A DNA stretch of 64,000 bases from Octopus sinensis (lineage: Eukaryota). The DNA is taken from the NCBI RefSeq assembly GCF_006345805.1, contig NC_042997.1:26660001-26724000 (forward strand), in the 5' to 3' direction. The translations under genes and the position numbers were made by a program. Each line of letters opens with the position of its first letter. The stretch's first letter is position 1. This document shows positions 25,640-38,524 of this stretch, piece by piece. The notes below the pieces were generated by a model. That model had not been told where the DNA came from. It saw nothing but the letters and a program-made list of their open reading frames with translations, and did no database searches.

Positions 25640-26430
25640 CTGATATGTGACATTCGGTCAATAGGTGAGTTTGATGTCACTGCCCTCATTTTCACCCTCT
25701 GACACGAGGTTAGTTAATCTGGGATGAGATCCAGATGAACCTACTTCCAGTTTTGTTTTGAAAACACCTACATCCACTTTATGTAGATTTCTCAGAATAT
25801 TAAAAAGCTGTAGGCCCTTGAAACCCAGGCTGTTGCATTAACTGGTCTTGAAGCGCGACGGCATTGTTGGGATCTTTGGCACTGTGCAGTGGTGACCCGT
25901 TCTGGCATTTGTGTAGCTTTCAATGCCAGAATTTGGCACAGTCCCTTCTAAGAGCTTTTAGATCTATAGTACAGTATATCTCACCAACCTTCACTCCAGG
26001 AAATAGTCATAGCTGTTTCAGCCTTTCCCAGTAAGCTGAACTATAGCAATGAGACGATCTTCTTAGCGAAGTTTCGCTGGATTGCTTCAAGGTCTGCTGT
26101 TAACTTTACACTGTGGGTTGACCATAGCTGGAAGCAGTAGTCTAGGTGGCTGAACACAAATGTCGTCCAGAATGCCATCATGGTTTCCTTATCTCTGTAT
26201 CTGAAGATTCTCACGATCCAGACAGACAGCCGTCTACATTTTCTTGCCATCTTGGTAAAGTGCACCTGGAAAGATGTATCATCACTCATGTCGATACCCA
26301 CTTCCCGCACTGATTTAGGTTCTGGGATTGTAATCCCACTCTAGGCCAGTGTAGCCTGAAAGGTTTTCGGTCAGTTTTGGGCGCTGGCAGCGCAGGGCTT
26401 GGAGTTTTCTAGCATTAACAACATTCTCGA
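25640..26430 (-). mobile_element. CR1-like LINE 3' remnant
   Basis: ORF 26041-26310 (GIDMSDDTSFQVH..FSHLDYCFQLWS..LEAIQRNFAKKI) followed by GHHCTVPKIP..CNSLGFKGLQLFN. Confidence 0.85.
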
Positions 26431-26431
26431 G

Positions 26432-26486
<55 letters not shown>

Positions 26487-26489
<3 letters not shown>

Positions 26490-26649
26490 GAATGGTTGTA
26501 TACTGTCAATCTAACAAGAACGTGACGGTAGGGGGTACACCACCGCTGTATAGCCCTAGGAGGCGTTCGATGCTTCCTAGGGCTATACAGCGGTGGTGTA
26601 CCCCCTACTGTCACGTCCTTGTTAGATTGACAGTATACAACCATTCTAT
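26487..26649. repeat. GC-rich near-perfect palindrome (78-bp arms, 7-nt loop)
   Basis: Arms 26487-26564 and 26572-26649 with 3 mismatches; loop gttcgat. Confidence 0.95.
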
Positions 26650-27014
26650 CGCCCCACCACCGTACATGTCTCTACGAGAGATTTAGAAATTCAATATTTC
26701 TTTATATATATATATATATAATTATTCGCTAAAAATTTATAAGAACGTCTATGAAATATATTGTAAATATCGCCGGGTTGATATAATGTACACTTGACTA
26801 GTTCCTTCATTTTCACATGAACGCAGTAAATATGAGCAACACACACACACACACATGCATACGCACACACGCGTGCGTTGCGTGCGCGCTACGCACACAC
26901 AGCGAACGTAAAGGAAAAAAAGACTGAAAAAAGAGTAAGTGAAGCAGGAAAAGAACAACGTAGTGACAGTAGCGGAAAGAGAGTGTCAGAGAGAGAGAGA
27001 GAGAGGAGGAGTGA

Positions 27015-27056
<42 letters not shown>

Positions 27057-30000
27057 GGGAAAGATGGGAAATGTAAATTGATCAGAGCTGACAATTTATA
27101 TTGAATAATGCACTGTTAATGCTATTTGGTATCAATTTAAGACTCGAATCATTAACAATTGGTTGTGTCACTAATGCCAACTCTTGATGTATGGCCAAAT
27201 ACCTGTGCATACTAGGAGGCTCATAGCGCATGGAGTTTGTTACTGTTTTCGTCGTTCAATCGTTCAATTGCTGTTCGTCTTTGCTCGAGTTGACCAATGA
27301 CGGAAATCATGCCAACTGTAACCGTAAACATTTGTTTGTTTGTTATGTTTTGTTTTTGTTTGTTTGATTTCTATCCTTTGACCCCAGACACATATGTCTC
27401 TTGACTCTATCATTCAATCTGTTCTTCTTTATTCATGGTGATAGAGCGTCATTGAAGCGAGAGTTCATCGTTATTTCTAACAAAAACCTGTGACAACATA
27501 AAGGTTTTCTCCTTGATAATGTTCCATAAACAAACGATGGTTGATTCTTAGAGAAGCGATGATAAGTTATTGATATCTCTCTGTACCTTCTGAAAAATAA
27601 TTCTACAATTGTTTTATCTTTATGTGACCAATAAAATAGGTCTGTTTAATGGGACATTTCCCATAGATGCGTTTCTTTCATGTAAGATATCGACACTTTT
27701 CGTATTCCAGCAACAGTTTTAAACCCGTTTTTAATCGATGTGCTTAAGCTGCAGTCAAAGAAGCCTACTAGAAATGCCAGCTAAATCACCCTCACATCGC
27801 ACATATGTATCTGAAGAAGAGATAGGCAACACTCATAACATTTAGCATGATTTCTAATATTGGTGGAGTAAGAGAAGTTACTTTCAGATCGGTTCTATGG
27901 TCCAGGTATTTGCTATTGAGTGGACTTTGCAAAACTATTTAAAGTCAGGCGGTGGTATTAAGCCGGGCAATCTACCAGTAAGTGATACAGTCTATTCAAA
28001 CAGCTTCTACACAGTTTGCGTCTAACCAGTTTATCCAAAATTATTGCGTTAACGCGATACTTTGGCAGACGACACATCCCGAAGCGTTACAGCGTGAGGT
28101 TTAACACAGACTAAGCAAACGTTTTAACCATATGACATATTCTAAAACAGATGAGATTGCCATTGCAAGAATGACTGTGGTCAAATATCTTTTGAATCAG
28201 AGGCAATTTGTTGATAAACAACAACTACATTTATAAGAAATATTAGTTGGGAATTTTTATATAATATCGGTTTGTAACATCGTTAGAAGGTCGATGATTT
28301 ATGGAGAGTATACTCAATTAAATAATCTACTATATTTTATTGAACTCGGAAAAAAAGACAAATTTAACCCCGATGGATTTTGAAATGCGAATATGAAGTG
28401 CAACAGATATGCATATTGTCCGACTCTTTACTGATTATAGTAATCCATTACCTTAAACACATATTCAGCAATAAGTAGTAAGTGGATCAAAATGTAGCTT
28501 CCAGCAGATATGACATACTATTTAATATGGTTGCTTATAAACGAGTTCTACTCTAAACTGTATTGACTTTGTTGTCAAAATATTTCGTTCAATTGAAATT
28601 AGAGGAATTATCTCCATTTCTTGTTATTTTCAGCGTGTTAGTTCCAATTAGATTCTTAAACTAGAGAGTTTTAATCAGGTAGTTGCTTCAATATCATCTG
28701 ATGATCAACGATTTTCAACTCACTACAAGTATAAAAGCTTACAAATATTTCTAAACAATGTTCGAAACATCCACCAGAGGAAATTTCGTTAGCCTTATAA
28801 GTGAAAACAAAAGCTTATATTTTAATATAGTTTTAATATAGTTTTATGTCTTTTACCAGTTGGTCTTCATCACAGTTTCGCGCGGATTGAGCAAGAAAAC
28901 AAAATTATGATCAATGAAGTTGTAGTCGTAATTATACCATCGAATTTCTCACGCATTCAATTTAAAGGTCATCTACACCCGATATGTCGTGCGCACCATA
29001 TGGTGAGCTTAAAGTCCATTTAAGTTCCTCTGAGGGAAACATTTGGCACTGATATTTCTGCTATGTTGAGGACCGCATGAACAATTCTTTCAATACATGT
29101 CTTTTAGATAACGTGACTGAAATAATGACTTCTTTGCAAATTAGACTCAAACTTTCATATATCTTCTAAGTTAATTACGTTAGAGCAGGATATTTATATT
29201 AAGCAACCTCGAATTGAGAAAACTTTTCTCTTAACCAACGAGCGCAATGAAAACTAGAGATGAATACCAGCTTTGTGTAACTTCAAATTAGGAAAATTAT
29301 TACGTAGGAATTTCGATCCTTCAAACAGGTGATGCATAGAAACCACTTCTCATTGGCTCCTGCATTAGAAAACCACTCGGAAATACAATGCTATCCTTAG
29401 GCTATAAACATGGTTTGCATATTTTATTTACAATATAGAGGAATTCGCTAGAAGTTATTGACAAGGTAGGTAGCTATGTTTAACTTAGTGATAAATTAAA
29501 TTTACCCTCTAAGAACAAGTACACTGCATCTTATGAGATTTTGCTCAATTACTCTGTACACAATTTTCTCCATAATGCTTCTGTCAAACAGAGGACATGG
29601 GAAAACATATTGAAACTACATTTGTCGAATGCATCATCATCCCATGCTAATGTTCGTTAACAAGAAACGTGATGGCTATCATAGTTCGGTGGTTTTCCCA
29701 ATAAACTTCAATGACCCCGGTTTCAAATATTAGCTGAAGCCAGTTAAGGAAGGTAGATTCCAGTTACCCTACGCTCACAAATCTCGATTATGTCTTGTAG
29801 TAGATAATTATTCATTATTCTCAATATTTCCATCAAATTTATTTTCTTTTTCTCTCATGTCACGGTGCAAATATTTCAAAATGAAACTTAATCTTTCTTG
29901 TACAATTACGTGACACATGGATTATTTTCCCTCTTTTTTATTCTTTTTTATTATCATCATCTTTGTCATATCATGTTTTCCTCATAATAATTTGTTGGTA

Positions 30001-31114
30001 AACATATATTACTTTTACGAAGAAGATAATATAAAATAAGACAATTTAAAACAAACCATTAATAGTTGTTGACATTTTCTAATATATTTTTTGTTTGTCT
30101 TTTTTATCACAAGTAGAATTATGTCTCAGCCAATCTTTTAATAAAGATATTGCGATAAAATGAATTGTAAAAAAAAAAGAAGAAAAAAAATCAAAAGCAT
30201 AAGACGCAGAAGATTACATTTTTGTCTAGCAAAAATCTCCAAAGATAACTATCAAGAACTTTTAACAAGGTCAATATTCTTTTTAAATAATCGTAATAAA
30301 TTATTTGAATTGCTACTGAAAAATATAGCAAAAACAAACAAACGGACAAAAGTTGTTTTTCATTTTTCTTACATAGTTTACAGTTAAATTTAATGTTGAT
30401 TTCTAACATAGGCGTAATACAGTATATTTTGGCTGTGTGGGTGTGGTATAGACGATTATATCGATCCCAATACCTGACTGGAAATCTATTCTGTTAACTC
30501 ATAAGATGAAAGACCCAGTCAACATCAGAGAAATTTGAAAAATTAAACATAAAATGATACAAAGAAACGCTAGAAGGCATCTTCCTCGATGCTCTACTAG
30601 TTATGCAAATCCACTATTTTGAAAATGCAATTATTGTAATTAGTACTCCGCATGGAATATCTAATGATTTATAAAACTCTAAGTTCCTTTTAAATAGAAA
30701 GCTATAAAATACATATTGTTTTGAATTTATAGTTTTCTTGAAGCTCTTGATTTTTGACAAGGCGTGACGTCCGCAGTGGTTGTACAGAAAATGTAATCTA
30801 AGGAGAGAACAACATTGAAAACTACATTATTTGTTGTGCACTTGTTAGTTGTTATCTGATACGTAATGTTTATGTCGAGAAGCAAATAATTCTGACTTGA
30901 GAACGAAATAGAAGACAACATTTGTCTGATACGGCATGTCCACCGTTGGTAAAGTATTAAAAGATCTTAATATGTTTAGTTTCATATCAGAAAAATGATA
31001 TATATGACTTGACTTGAATTCACAATCCCAGTGAAAGAATTAGAGACGTTATTCAATTGAGTTATGGATTTTGTGTATATATGCATGCATAAGCATAAAC
31101 ATGCATACACGTAT

Positions 31115-31415
31115 GTGGAGGCACATGACCTAGTGGTTAGAGCAGCGGGCTCGTGGTCGAGGGAGCACGGGTTCGAATCTCAGACCGGGCGATGTGTGTG
31201 TTTATGAGCGAAATACTAAAGCTCCACGCCGCCTTCCGGCAGAAGGTATGGCGAACTTCTGCTGACTCTTTCGCCACAAATTTCTCTCGCTCTTTCCTCT
31301 TGCATTTTGCAGCTCACCTGCGTCGGACCGGCGTCCCGTCCAGGTGGGGAACCTATACGCCAAGGAACCGGGAAACCGGCACTTATGAACCAGGCTCGAG
31401 AAGGAACAAACAAAA
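31115..31415 (+). mobile_element. chimeric SINE: family-B-like head and body plus family-C tail
   Basis: 5' part aligns to 42257-42435; 3' part aligns to 22607-22670 and 50040-50125. Confidence 0.75.
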
Positions 31416-32384
31416 TAAACATACACGTATGCATACGTATACACACACACAGGTATTCATATGTGTGTGTGTGTGAGTGTGGGATCACCTGGCTGTGTTG
31501 TTTGGTAAATACATTATATCTTTGATTTCGTTCCATAGTTAAAATATCATAAACATTGACCGCATCGAGATAATGGCATTATTAATAGTTGCTGGTCAGT
31601 AAATAAAATGAAATTACTGATTAGTTTAACGACTTGACTGAAAACAAGATTCTTTTAATAATCCACTGAGTAACAGTCTCTATTGAATTCCTGGTGAAAT
31701 GGTGCAAACGAAATAACGACTAAATTTGTTTCTCTGTAGAAGTCACTTCCTTTTATTTATGTCATCAATACTCTACGGAATACAATATACATCACGGTCT
31801 CTTAACATTTCCACCTTGTACTTAATTAAGTTTCCAATAAATTATCTTGTTATTAATGTATCTAATTAATATGTGTTTACATGACAAATATTTTATAACC
31901 GATTTTATTTGTTAACTAAAGGAAGAAGAACGGGCGCCTCTAAAGAATTCTTCTTTCATCTAGAAATAAAAACAAAAAGTAATTGCTTTGGTGTTACTGT
32001 ATTCGTTTACAGGTTATATCTTTTGGGAATTAGTAGCCGGTTGATAAGAAGAAAGTGTTCGAAACCTATGCTGCTCTAAGCAGCAAACATGGAATACAGT
32101 AGTATGATTTCTTGGTTGAATAAGGTTAGATGAAGTATAACACAAACATTAGCGACTTTACACTGACATTAACAGACTTTTAAACAGAGATTTCCGTGGT
32201 AATAGAAAAAAAAACAACACTTGCAATGGGTACAAAATGAAGGGTCAATTAGCTAGGGATTTATGGAAATGTTGTATGTTGAATCAGAAAACTTCCCTTT
32301 CTTGAAGCTGTTACTTCTCACCAATGCTCATGTAACAGTTTATTGTTGCCGTAATTATTGTTGTTCATGCTGGTGTGGCTATTG

Positions 32385-33640
32385 TATCAAATCCTCCCAT
32401 AAGTTCTGTCCGATTTTATCTTTTTAAAACTGAATGAAATTTAATAGTATTTTAGAATGTCTAATTGGATTAAAAATTATTTTTATGCATTTGTGTACAT
32501 TTAAACTAATTAAATATTATTTTACAGAATATTAGAACTAAAATTTCTTTGATTAAAACCCTTTCTAACATGGAAGTATCCAAAAAGCATTTAAGGCACA
32601 TAATGCTTTATGAGTACAAAAAGGAAAACTCTGCAACCGAAGCGACGCGAAACATACACTCAGTTTATGGGAAAGAATGCTTGAATGAAAGAACTTGCAG
32701 AAAATGGTTTGCAAAATTCAGAAGTGGAGATTTCAAACTTGAAGATGAAGATCGAACAGGACGTCCAGTTGAGTTGATGATAAGCTCCTTGAGGCGATAC
32801 TTGAAGAAAATCCTACATTATCAGTTGAAGAATTTGCAATAAAATTTAGTTCAAACCAAATAACTGTTCATCGTCATCTTCAACAACTTGGAAAGGTGTC
32901 TAAACTTGGAAAATGAGTGCCTCATGAATTGTCTGAAAGCAACTGCAAATCCCATGTTGACATCTGCTCTTCTCTCCATTCTAGCGAACTCATTTCACCC
33001 TTTTTGGATAGACTTCTAACGAAAAATGGTTTTTCTATTGAAAGGTTAAACGTCGTAAACAGTGGCTTGGTAAAAGGGAACTAACTTCTTAAAGAAAAGG
33101 TTCTTCTCTCTGTCTGGTTGGATTGCAAAGGAGTAATTCACTTTGAATTGTTACCACCTAATACAACAATCAATGCTCAAGCCTACTGTCAACAATTAAA
33201 GCGTTTGAACCAAGTTTTGAAGACAAAAGACCCGATTTAGTGAATCGAAAAGTAGAGATGTTTCATCAGGACAATGCGCGACCCCACACTGCAAAGATCA
33301 CATCACAGAAGATCGAATATCTTGGTTGGGAAAAAGTTCTTCACCCACCATATTCTCCCGACCTTGCTCCTTCAGACTACCATTTGTTTCGTAGTTTACA
33401 GAATCATTTGGGAGACATAACTTACGCAAGCCAGGAGTAGGTCGAAACTGACATTTCAGAGTTCTTCGCTTTGAAACCAACAGAGTTTTACATTGATGGG
33501 ATTAAAAAGCTTGTACATAAATGGAAGGAAGTCATACATAAGGAAAAGTACATTGATGATTAAATTTCAATTTAATATAAGATTTGATCACTTATTTTCG
33601 TTATTCAAAATTCGTACAGAACTTATTGGATGACCTGATA
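32385..33640 (+). mobile_element. full-length defective mariner (~1.25 kb)
   Basis: TA at both ends; imperfect TIRs tcaaatcctcccataagttctgtccgatttt and (rc) tcaggtcatccaataagttctgtacgaatttt; HTH region MEVSKKHLRHIMLYEYKK; HQDNARPH and YSPDLAPSDYHLFRSLQ motifs; stops and frameshifts. Confidence 0.95.
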
Positions 33641-34344
33641 CTTTTGAAGATTTTCATTTTATATTCTCGTTCAGGCTGATGCTGTAGTCGTAATTCATGG
33701 TGTTTCTCGTATTATTGTTTTTAGTTTTGCTGTTGTTGTAGTAGTTGTTTTCACTGTTGCTGTAGGTGTTGTTGTTTAGGCTCTCGTTGACCCAAAATGA
33801 AAATCATTCCATGCGTGACAATTAGCATATTGTAAGTATACTATAATTTCGATCTGCAAACTGATTTAAAGCGATGGCCTAGAACCTAGTTGTTATTTTA
33901 TTTGCTACTTCTAGCAGTTTGACTGTCTACATGTATTCTCCATTTCACAAATTCATGACATTGTTGGTTTTGTTTTATTTCTCTTGTCTCATATTAATTT
34001 CAGAATTGTAGAAAACCATACTCACCAAGAAGTTTTCGTAATTATTTCCTTCGTTAACATGTCATGTTAGCTTCAATAGACTATACTAGACTGATAAGGA
34101 CTGTTAGACCGAAACAGCTTCATAGTTGTCCGTTTCCAGCAAGCATTAATCAAACTTTCCCTTCTCTAATCATGTGAATTAGATTCCATAAAAATGAACT
34201 TCTATTTTTTAAATGTTTTTGGAAGCGGATAAATATTGCCACAAACTTGGGTTCTTTCTCTACTATAGAACGAATAACTTCAATTAATTAATTCTTTTGT
34301 TTTGTTTTTGCGTAGGGCATTCAGTACATCAGCCATTGGCCTCC

Positions 34345-34414
<70 letters not shown>

Positions 34415-34638
34415 GTGTGTGAGTGTGTGTGTATGTATATGTAATGATTTCACATAGGTGAAACGATACTAGTAATGAGTTACTAGAATTAGATATACTG
34501 ATGTACACTGTATGAAAAGTCTTGAGCCTAAAAAAAAATAAAACATCGTAAAAGACTTCTGATGCTGGGGGATGCACAGGAGCTGAGACCATTCCAAGGA
34601 CAGGGAGGAAGTTAGAACGGAGATGGGCCCATCGATAA

Positions 34639-34820
34639 TTTGAAGACAAAAGACCCGATTTAGTGAATCGAAAAGTAGGGATGTTTCATCAGGACAATGC
34701 TCGACCCCACACTGCTAAGATCACATCACAGAAGATCGAATATCTTGGTTGGGAAAAAGTTCCTTACCCACCTTATTCTCCCGACCTTGTTCCTTCAGAC
34801 TACCACTTGTTTCGTAATTT
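34639..34820 (+). mobile_element. isolated ~180-bp mariner catalytic fragment
   Basis: 9 mismatches against 33216-33397; bracketed by taatttga at 34636-34643 and 34815-34822. Confidence 0.9.
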
Positions 34821-35869
34821 GATCTCCACTACTCTACACAAGCAAATCACCAAGCTAAATATGTAAAGCATGAACCGGAGATAAGTCGCTGTACAAGGTA
34901 CAGATGAGTTTTTGTTTGGTAACGAATGAGGTTGGCTGCAGTTCGCTGACGGAAACCTTCCGATATGAGGGAATATCCGGTTTACCAACACACACAATAT
35001 TTAAACATACATACATACATACATACATACACACACACACACTCACATACACAGACTCACACAAACAGGAATTTATAAATATTTACGCACATACAGATAC
35101 GAGCACTCATACATACACATGTATACAAACACACACATTATATATATATGCATAAATATATATGAGGGAATTTTTCCCAGCAGTCTCATCTAATGAAGTC
35201 ACACGTGTTTTACCGTGTTAAAATAAAAGCCTTTCACTGCACAATACCGAGAAACGAAAATAAGAGAACCGGCATTATGCCTTATGCCATTTATTGTTGA
35301 TTTTTGTTATAGTGCAAACAGTTATCATTATTGATTAATTATGTCATCTCATACAGTTTCACCCTAATGAAGAAGTTATACTTGTTGCGTCATGAGAATC
35401 CCTTTGAACTATTATGAATGGGCAGTTCTCATGGTGAGGCAGCTTATTAAATTCTAATAATATAGTTAGCATGCACTAATTTGCTAACAAGGGAGAGAGA
35501 AAGGATAGTCAATGGAAATATACATAAAAATACTAATGTAATATACATACGTTACACGCATCCATGTAACTTGCATCATTTTATGGACGGTAAATATAGG
35601 AGGCTTGAAGTGTCTCAGTTTCAGTTAAGTAACATGACGCTTTAGAGAGGGACCACCACTATACTTTCATTCTTTATCGATTTTTTTTTTACTTTGATGT
35701 ATTTCAGTACATCTCAGGCAGACCTATCATTAAAGAGACACTAGAGCTATTTCATTCTGATATATTTTCTCTCGCACTGCCGGCGTTTTGAGGTGAGGGT
35801 CTTTGTTCTAAAAGCACGTGTCTTTTGAGATCGTTCTCTAAGACAAAATATTACAGCTAGTGTTATTCC

Positions 35870-35914
<45 letters not shown>

Positions 35915-36154
35915 ATATATAGAAAATAGTAAAAAGTGAAAAAGCTACAGAAGGCTTAAAGGTTAAAACATATATATATTTGCGTCAATATGTCTGAAGA
36001 ATATTAAAAAAATTATTTTTTTTCCTTACAATGACATAGTTTAGGAAAAAAAAAAATTTTTTTAATATTCTTCAGACATATTGACGCAAATATATATATA
36101 TTTTAACCTTTAAGCCTTCTGTAGTTTTTTCACTTTTTACTATTTTCTATATAT
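35915..36154. repeat. AT-rich near-perfect palindrome (~112-bp arms, ~16-nt loop)
   Basis: Arms 35915-36026 and 36043-36154 are reverse complements with few differences. Confidence 0.95.
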
Positions 36155-36194
36155 TCAACCACGTGCTTTCACAAACCAACTTTCTGATCTATAT

Positions 36195-36412
36195 ATATAT
36201 ATACACATTTTATCCAAACATGAAAACACAAAGAGAAAACACAACAACGCGATGACGTGGAACAAGTATAGTGTTATTGGACGCTCAGTAAAGGAAAGAA
36301 AGAAGGAGAATTTAACGTTTCGAGCGGAGCTCTTCGTCAGAAACATAGGAAAAGGAAAGATCCAAGGAAAGGAAGACGGAGGAAAAAATCGCCAACGATA
36401 CACACGCGGTCA
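36195..36412 (-). mobile_element. Penelope-like terminus flanked by (TA)n
   Basis: Contains CTGACGAAGAGC..GCTCGAAACGTT, typical of Penelope pLTR ends; homologous to 15835-15900. Confidence 0.7.
36311..36343 (-). ncRNA. minimal type I hammerhead ribozyme motif
   Basis: UUU-CUGACGA-A-GAGC(UCC)GCUC-GAAA-CGU-U-AAA: canonical core, 4-bp stem II, palindromic ACGU stem III, 3-bp stem I. Confidence 0.6.
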
Positions 36413-36539
36413 CATATATATATACACATCATAAATGTTATACAGACCGGTATTTAAAATCATGCCATATAACTTATCTTTGCGTCTGTAAGAAAACTGC
36501 AGAGTTTTACATCTAATATGCAGCCATAAATTTTTAACT

Positions 36540-36800
36540 TAGAGGTGCAGGCATGTTAGTAGTAAGAAGCTTACTTCCCAGTTACACAGCTTCAAGTTCA
36601 GTCCCACTCCGTGGTACCATGGGCAAACGACTTTTACTATAACTTCGGTCGACCAAAGCCTTGTGAGTCGATCTGATAGACGGAAAATGAAAGAATCCCG
36701 TCCTGTGTGTGTGTGTGTTTGTTCGTCCGTGTTTGTCTGCCACCACTCTTTGACAACCAGAGCTGCTTAATGGCTGAAGTCTATTGATTGAAGTAAATAA
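36540..36800 (+). mobile_element. old SINE family A copy
   Basis: Diverged head and core gaccaaagccttgtgagt..gacggaaa.tgaaagaa. Confidence 0.7.
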
Positions 36801-37812
36801 AAGGTAAAAGTTACAAATCCCTGATGTCTCTGAATTGTTTCTCTTCTGTCAAAGTGTACTTCTTAATTAGATGTGCACATTAGCTGTACATTATTTCAGT
36901 TAATGTAGCAGATCCGGTTAAATTGTTCACTTTTGAGTCCACATACAAATGTGAAATTGCACTTAAAGTCAATTAGTGAGACCGTAGACGGTTACAAAAG
37001 TAGAATTTTGTTCTTTAACAATGATTGGAAAGTATCGTTGTACTCCAAGTTCAGACTTTAAGTGTCAAAATAAGGACAACACACAAGTGTTTGTTACCGA
37101 AAGGACGTGTACTTTTTATCACATCGTTAAATAGTGTTACACTGATGTTATCTTTCTGAGTTCTCTCTGACTCCTCCCTTTCTGATAACATTATCCTCGT
37201 TTCATGGAATCTTTACTCAATATGATGATTCACATTATTTGCTATTCTAGAAACAGCTGTAACGGAAGCTATATGTTTATATTCTCTATCTAAATTACAT
37301 GTCTTTTTCAAGTGATACCAAAAAATTTGCTTTGTATTTTTATTTTAATCTATATCACTGACACTGTCTAAAGATTGTTAAGGATTTAGTGAACAATTAC
37401 CACGCTTAAATGTTAATACAACGAATAAAGAGTTCCACGATCCAACGGCAAGTATTGTCTTTCGATGCATCCTCTAGAGACTACTTTTTACAACAAACGA
37501 TTTGAATATACATTTTAGGGATAATGGAGAATCTAAATCATCAGTTATTTAAACGATATCTAAACGGATGAACCGTTGCTCACTCATTTCAATGTTAAAA
37601 TAACGCAACAAAAGAATTTGTAACCGTATTTACTACATTTATACAAAGGCAGAATAAAATCAATGAATGCATTCACACTTATGCAAGATGGAAAACAGTT
37701 TTATACATACTTTGTATAAGAAGCAAACATGAGACTTGATATTTTCTTATTATGTATAGCAATAATAACAACGAGGCCACGGAAAGGTGATGGGAGATTG
37801 CTTACTACTTAC

Positions 37813-37851
37813 GAAAAGATATTTTTGTGATTTCTTTCGGGCTTTGTATAT
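37813..37851 (-). CDS. candidate 39-nt micro-exon (all three frames open; phase 1 reads xIQSPKEITKISF)
   Basis: Acceptor ttttgcaaccttattaattcAG and donor GTAAGT; length divisible by 3. Confidence 0.3.
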
Positions 37852-37953
37852 CTGAATTAATAAGGTTGCAAAATCGAAACCTCCAGCAGTGTTTACCTCA
37901 AGCACCGATTTATCCAGCGGTACCGATTTTCAATATGTATGTACGTGTGGTGT

Positions 37954-38276
37954 GAAAGCACTCCGTCGGTTACGACGACGAGGGTTCCGGTTGATCCGAT
38001 CAACGGAACAGCCTGCTCGTGAAATTAACGTGTAAGTGGCTGAGCACTCCACAGACACGTGTACCCTTAACGCAGTTCTCGGGGATATTCAGCGTGACAC
38101 AGAGAGTGACAAGGCCGGCCCTTTGAAATACAGGTACAACAGAAACAGGAAGTAAGAGTGAGAGAAAGTTGTGGTGAAAGAGTACAGCAGGGATCACCAC
38201 CATCCCTGCCGGAGCCTCGTGGAGCTTTAGGTGTTTTCGCTCAATAAACACTCACAACGCCCGGTCTGGGAATCGA
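37954..38276 (-). mobile_element. SINE family B, 5'-truncated at the B box
   Basis: TSD atgtacgtgt at 37939-37948 and 38277-38286. Confidence 0.9.
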
Positions 38277-38524
38277 ATGTACGTGTATGTATGTATGCGC
38301 GATTGTGTGCGTGCACGCGTATCTTAAAAGGGCTTGCATTGAGAGGACCTACCGTTTGGTTAAGTCCCCTTGAATGGCACCTTGGGCAAGTGACCTCAAT
38401 TAGTACCCTAACCAATACCATAAGAGGGAATTTGGAAGAATGGAAACTGTATGGATGCCCCTCGTATATATGTGTGTGTAAGGGTGTCGTTGTATCTGTT
38501 TGTCACCACATCATCTCTTATCAA

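Noticed and set aside
29000-29100. Minus-strand KTCIEKNCSCGPQHS..CFPQRNLNGL resembling an LRR N-cap
   Set aside because: Immediate stop, no LRRs follow and no convincing splice sites.
34026-34165. Good minus-strand donor (TTG|GTGAGT)
   Set aside because: All three upstream frames contain stops within about 45 nt, so it is not supportable as coding.
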